A DNA stretch of 64,000 bases from Nitrospirota bacterium. GTDB lineage: Bacteria > Nitrospirota > Thermodesulfovibrionia > Thermodesulfovibrionales > Dissulfurispiraceae. Position 1 is the stretch's first letter, and each line of letters opens with the position of its first letter. The DNA lies in the NCBI GenBank assembly GCA_963710375.1, contig CAVPZX010000008.1:192001-256000 (forward strand), written 5' to 3'. The notes under the pieces were generated by a model. It saw nothing but the letters and a program-made list of their open reading frames with translations. It was not told where the DNA came from and made no database searches. Shown in pieces: positions 60,796 to 64,000 of this stretch. Both the position numbers and the translations under genes were made by a program.

Positions 60796-61985
60796 AACTC
60801 ATTAAACACAGAAAGCAATCGATGGGCTACCTTGTCTGCGTCGGCATCGCTCATCCCCTGATACAGGGGTATGCTGATTTCCCTCTCGTAGAAGTCCTCT
60901 GCAAGGGGACACAGTCCCTGTTTGAACCCTAAATTTTTATAATAGGGCTGCAAATATACAGGGATATAGTGGACCTGGACGCCAAGTCCTTTTTCCTTCA
61001 GCCTCGAGAAAATCACCCGCTTATTTTTTTTGTATGAGTCTCTGAGCCGTATGGGATAAAGGTGATGCGATGACCGGGCATATGACCTCCGGACAGGAAT
61101 ATCGAAATATGGATTGCCTCTAAACGCCTCATCATAGCGTAAAGCAATCTCTCGTCTCCTCTCACTAAAACCGTCCAGCTTTTTCAACTGGGAGGTTCCA
61201 AGAGCAGCCTGAATATCCGTCATCCTGTAATTGTTTCCCAGAAACTGCATCTCATAATACCAGTCGCCGTGGGACTCATTAACAAAGTTGTCTTTTGTTA
61301 TGCCGTGCGTCCTGAATTGTTTGAGCCGTGTATATATTTCAGGGTCATTGGTCAAGACAGCCCCGCCCTCTCCTGTCGTCATTGGTTTCACCGGATGGAA
61401 ACTGAATACCGTAATATCCGAGTGTGTACAACTCCCTATTCTGATCCAATCATTATCGCTTCCTTCCGCGCTTTCGCCTTGCGCCGGCTGCAGTCTGTAC
61501 TCTGCACTTATTGCGTGGCAGGCGTCCTCTATGACGACAAGCCCGTGCCTTTGCGCGACAGCGTGAACGGCGGGCATATCAACAGGGTGACCAGCATAAT
61601 GTATGGGTACAATCGCCTTTGTTGCGGAATTTATCAGAGGCTCAAGCAGCGCTGTGTCCATATTTCCGCTGTCTCTCTCGACATCGACAAAGACAGGCTT
61701 GATGCCGAGCATGAGCGCTGCATTGGAAGTAGCGGCAAAGGTTATGGGGGATGTAATGACTTCACCGCCGGCTTCAATGCCGGCCGCGAAATATGCAGCG
61801 TGCAGGGCGGCGGTTCCCGAGGACATGACTACAGCATAACGGGCGTTCACATACTCCGACAGCTTCCGTTCAAACATCTCTACCGCAGGTCCCTGCGTCA
61901 GATAATCGGATTTGAGCACCGCAATTACCGCTTCTATGTCATCCGCACCTATGCTTTGCCTGCTATAGGGGAAAACATCAGTCAA
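60792..61985 (-). CDS. pseC: UDP-4-amino-4,6-dideoxy-N-acetyl-L-altrosamine transaminase PseC
   Basis: PYSRQSI, LTQGP, EDACHA, FSFHPVK, NYRMTDIQAALG, QVHYIP. Confidence 0.92.
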   Translation of the reverse strand: MTDVFPYSRQSIGADDIEAVIAVLKSDYLTQGPAVEMFERKLSEYVNARYAVVMSSGTAALHAAYFAAGIEAGGEVITSPITFAATSNAALMLGIKPVFVDVERDSGNMDTALLEPLINSATKAIVPIHYAGHPVDMPAVHAVAQRHGLVVIEDACHAISAEYRLQPAQGESAEGSDNDWIRIGSCTHSDITVFSFHPVKPMTTGEGGAVLTNDPEIYTRLKQFRTHGITKDNFVNESHGDWYYEMQFLGNNYRMTDIQAALGTSQLKKLDGFSERRREIALRYDEAFRGNPYFDIPVRRSYARSSHHLYPIRLRDSYKKNKRVIFSRLKEKGLGVQVHYIPVYLQPYYKNLGFKQGLCPLAEDFYEREISIPLYQGMSDADADKVAHRLLSVFNEL

Positions 61986-62973
61986 TCACGAGCTCCTTTA
62001 CCATGGCAATTATTTCCTCCGGAGCAAGCCATCGCTCGTTCTTATCGCTCCTGTAAGAGAAGCCGTCAGTCATCCTGTGATATTTCAGGTATCCGAAATG
62101 CTTGCTTTCCTGGAAGCTGAACTGGGGCAAAATAACGTATACATCGCCCAGGTCAACGGTATTCCTTCCCTCGTCTTCAGAGATAAGAGACTCGTGCAGT
62201 TTTTCGCCTGGCCTGATGCCGATAAATTCAGATTCTCCATCAGGGCAGAGCGCCTTTACAATATCGGTTATCTTTGTGCTGGGGATTTTCGGCACGAAAA
62301 CCTCTCCGCCTACGCTATCTCTGGCAGCCCTGCAGACGAGCTCCACCCCTTGCAAAAGAGTTATCCAGAACCGTGTCATGCGTTCATCGGTAACCGGGAA
62401 CTTCTTCTTGCCGGCCTTTGCCAAATCAAGAAAAAGCGGGATAACACTTCCCCTGCTCCCGATCACATTGCCGTACCTGACTACACAAAAAGAGGTCTCC
62501 CTGTTGCCGACGTATGCATTACCCGAAATAAACAATTTCTCCATAGCAAGCTTCGTGGCTCCGTAAAGATTAATGGGACTGACAGCCTTGTCGGTGGAAA
62601 GCGCGACAACTTTTTTAACGCCTTTATCTATAGCTACTTCAACGATGTTCTGGGCTCCCAGTATATTGGTCTTCACAGCTTCGAAGGGGTTGTACTCTGC
62701 TGCAGGGACCTGCTTGATTGCAGCTGCATGAATGACGTAGTCAATCCCGTCAAACGCCCGGTACAGTCGGTCCCTGTCTCTCACATCACCGAGGAAAAAC
62801 CGGACAGGATACGTTGTTTCCGGAAAAGTCCGTGCCATTTCAAATTGTTTGAATTCGTCTCTGCTGAAAATGATGACCTTCCTTGGTTTGTAATGCTGCA
62901 AAAGATATCCGGTGAACTTCTTGCCAAAAGAGCCGGTCCCGCCGGTAATCAGTATTACTTTGTCATTGAACAT
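61978..62973 (-). CDS. pseB: UDP-N-acetylglucosamine 4,6-dehydratase (inverting) PseB
   Basis: TGGTGSFG, SRDEFKQ, STDKA, NLYGATK, RYGNV, RMTRFWI, GIRPGEKLHE. Confidence 0.95.
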   Translation of the reverse strand: MFNDKVILITGGTGSFGKKFTGYLLQHYKPRKVIIFSRDEFKQFEMARTFPETTYPVRFFLGDVRDRDRLYRAFDGIDYVIHAAAIKQVPAAEYNPFEAVKTNILGAQNIVEVAIDKGVKKVVALSTDKAVSPINLYGATKLAMEKLFISGNAYVGNRETSFCVVRYGNVIGSRGSVIPLFLDLAKAGKKKFPVTDERMTRFWITLLQGVELVCRAARDSVGGEVFVPKIPSTKITDIVKALCPDGESEFIGIRPGEKLHESLISEDEGRNTVDLGDVYVILPQFSFQESKHFGYLKYHRMTDGFSYRSDKNERWLAPEEIIAMVKELVID

Positions 62974-63026
62974 GTGAATCTCCTCGCTGCCTGGTATTTG
63001 GGATAGAAATAATCATAAGATTATCA

Positions 63027-63043
63027 AGCAAATATCATACCCA
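63027..63043 (-). promoter_or_regulatory. sigma54 promoter for the pseB operon
   Basis: TGGGTATGATATTTGCT = GG-N10-GC. Confidence 0.6.
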
Positions 63044-63141
63044 TAGGTGAGTAGATACGATCCAATTGTATTTTAAGCTTATTTCTACGTTTTATTCCGT
63101 AATGCCTCAAGGCTGTTTCTGACAAAGAGAAAGTTTTTCCC

Positions 63142-63155
63142 GTCATAAAATTGAC
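63142..63155. promoter_or_regulatory. GTCA-N6-TGAC palindrome (candidate enhancer) about 100 bp upstream of the pseB sigma54 site
   Basis: GTCATAAAATTGAC. Confidence 0.55.
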
Positions 63156-63227
63156 TATAGTATGTTATCGGGAAGAGAAGGAATAAACTTTAAAAAGCAG
63201 GCAGCCAGTCCTGGCAATCGCACTATT

Positions 63228-64000
63228 TCATGACTTATGCTTCTCAACTAAAATTTTCTGTACATATTGCTTTTCGAAATACCTGCTCTTGGAGACATCA
63301 AATGCAGCCGTCCCTTTTACAAACAGTGCCTCAAATGTCGTTTCCAGAAATTCTCTTTTATCCTTAATATGCTCCTGTATCATTTCGTTCAGAAGAGCAT
63401 CATTTGGTTCGCATTCACGCAGATAACTGCCCCCATCTGCAGCCAATGCCTTATCAAACATGATATTCTCAGCCATTTCCGTCTGGCTTGTCTTCATCAC
63501 CTTTTTATAATTCTTGACAGATGTTTTAAATTCAACATTATTCAAACTCTTGTTGATATCCTTGATCAAGCAGTTCAGCTCAGCCGCATCGTTGTATTCT
63601 ATGTGGCTAAATCCCGAATATGGAGGAGTTTCCACAAGGTGAGGATGGGAAATAAACGGCACTTTCCTCATGAGGGCATCGTTTACAGTCGGATGGGTCT
63701 CGGGATAAAACAGACTTATATTCATCAAGAGATGGAGATATCTTTGCTCTGAGAACATTTCGTCCTTTTCCTGAATGTTCAAATACTTTTTCTGGTAATA
63801 CTCGGGGAATAGCAATTCCCACGGGGGATCCCCGTAAAGGAGCACCTTACGATCCGTCCGAATGCTATCAATGACTTCGTATTTCAGGAAGGATAAGCAG
63901 CTCTGATAAAAAAAAGTCCCTAAACGGAACTCATCATATCTCCGTTGCACTTCGTTGAGCTTCATCTCATTCAAAATCATCCAGCGCAGCGAAAGCCACC
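63228..64000 (-). CDS. Hypothetical protein; 5' end probably outside the window
   Basis: Frame is open to the window edge; no recognisable motif. Confidence 0.55.
   Translation of the reverse strand, partial: WLSLRWMILNEMKLNEVQRRYDEFRLGTFFYQSCLSFLKYEVIDSIRTDRKVLLYGDPPWELLFPEYYQKKYLNIQEKDEMFSEQRYLHLLMNISLFYPETHPTVNDALMRKVPFISHPHLVETPPYSGFSHIEYNDAAELNCLIKDINKSLNNVEFKTSVKNYKKVMKTSQTEMAENIMFDKALAADGGSYLRECEPNDALLNEMIQEHIKDKREFLETTFEALFVKGTAAFDVSKSRYFEKQYVQKILVEKHKS

Overview
Bacterial chromosomal window, almost entirely minus-strand. Gene content suggests an anaerobic Nitrospirota/Desulfobacterota-like organism (inference only). Layout: (1) 1-15.1 kb, flagellar basal-body/hook genes (flgE, flgD, fliK, MotE-like, fliJ/I/H/G/F/E, flgC/B), a sigma54 two-component pair, a TPR gene and a FleQ-like activator. 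(2) 15.4-24.7 kb, an uncharacterised putative operon directly downstream of tRNA-Gly(CCC): three paralogous membrane proteins that fuse a degenerate GspE_N/MshEN-like domain to eight DUF202-like hairpins in total, each preceded by a long arginine heptad ladder, then a HAMP histidine kinase, a stand-alone receiver and a non-canonical PEP-synthase/dikinase-family enzyme. This is the best candidate for an undescribed system. (3) 25-35.8 kb, a D/L-lactate utilisation module with a NarL-type two-component system. (4) ilvD, DUF465, two stator sets flanking a PilZ gene, then fliS, fliD, flaG and fliC. (5) 46.8-64 kb, a pseudaminic-acid-type glycosylation cluster with unusual tailoring genes and no pseH in the window. 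Intergenic DNA holds four 175-200 bp fold-back elements and many inverted microsatellite hairpins. Five single-base frameshifts are most likely assembly errors. All calls come from motif reading by eye; no searches were run.
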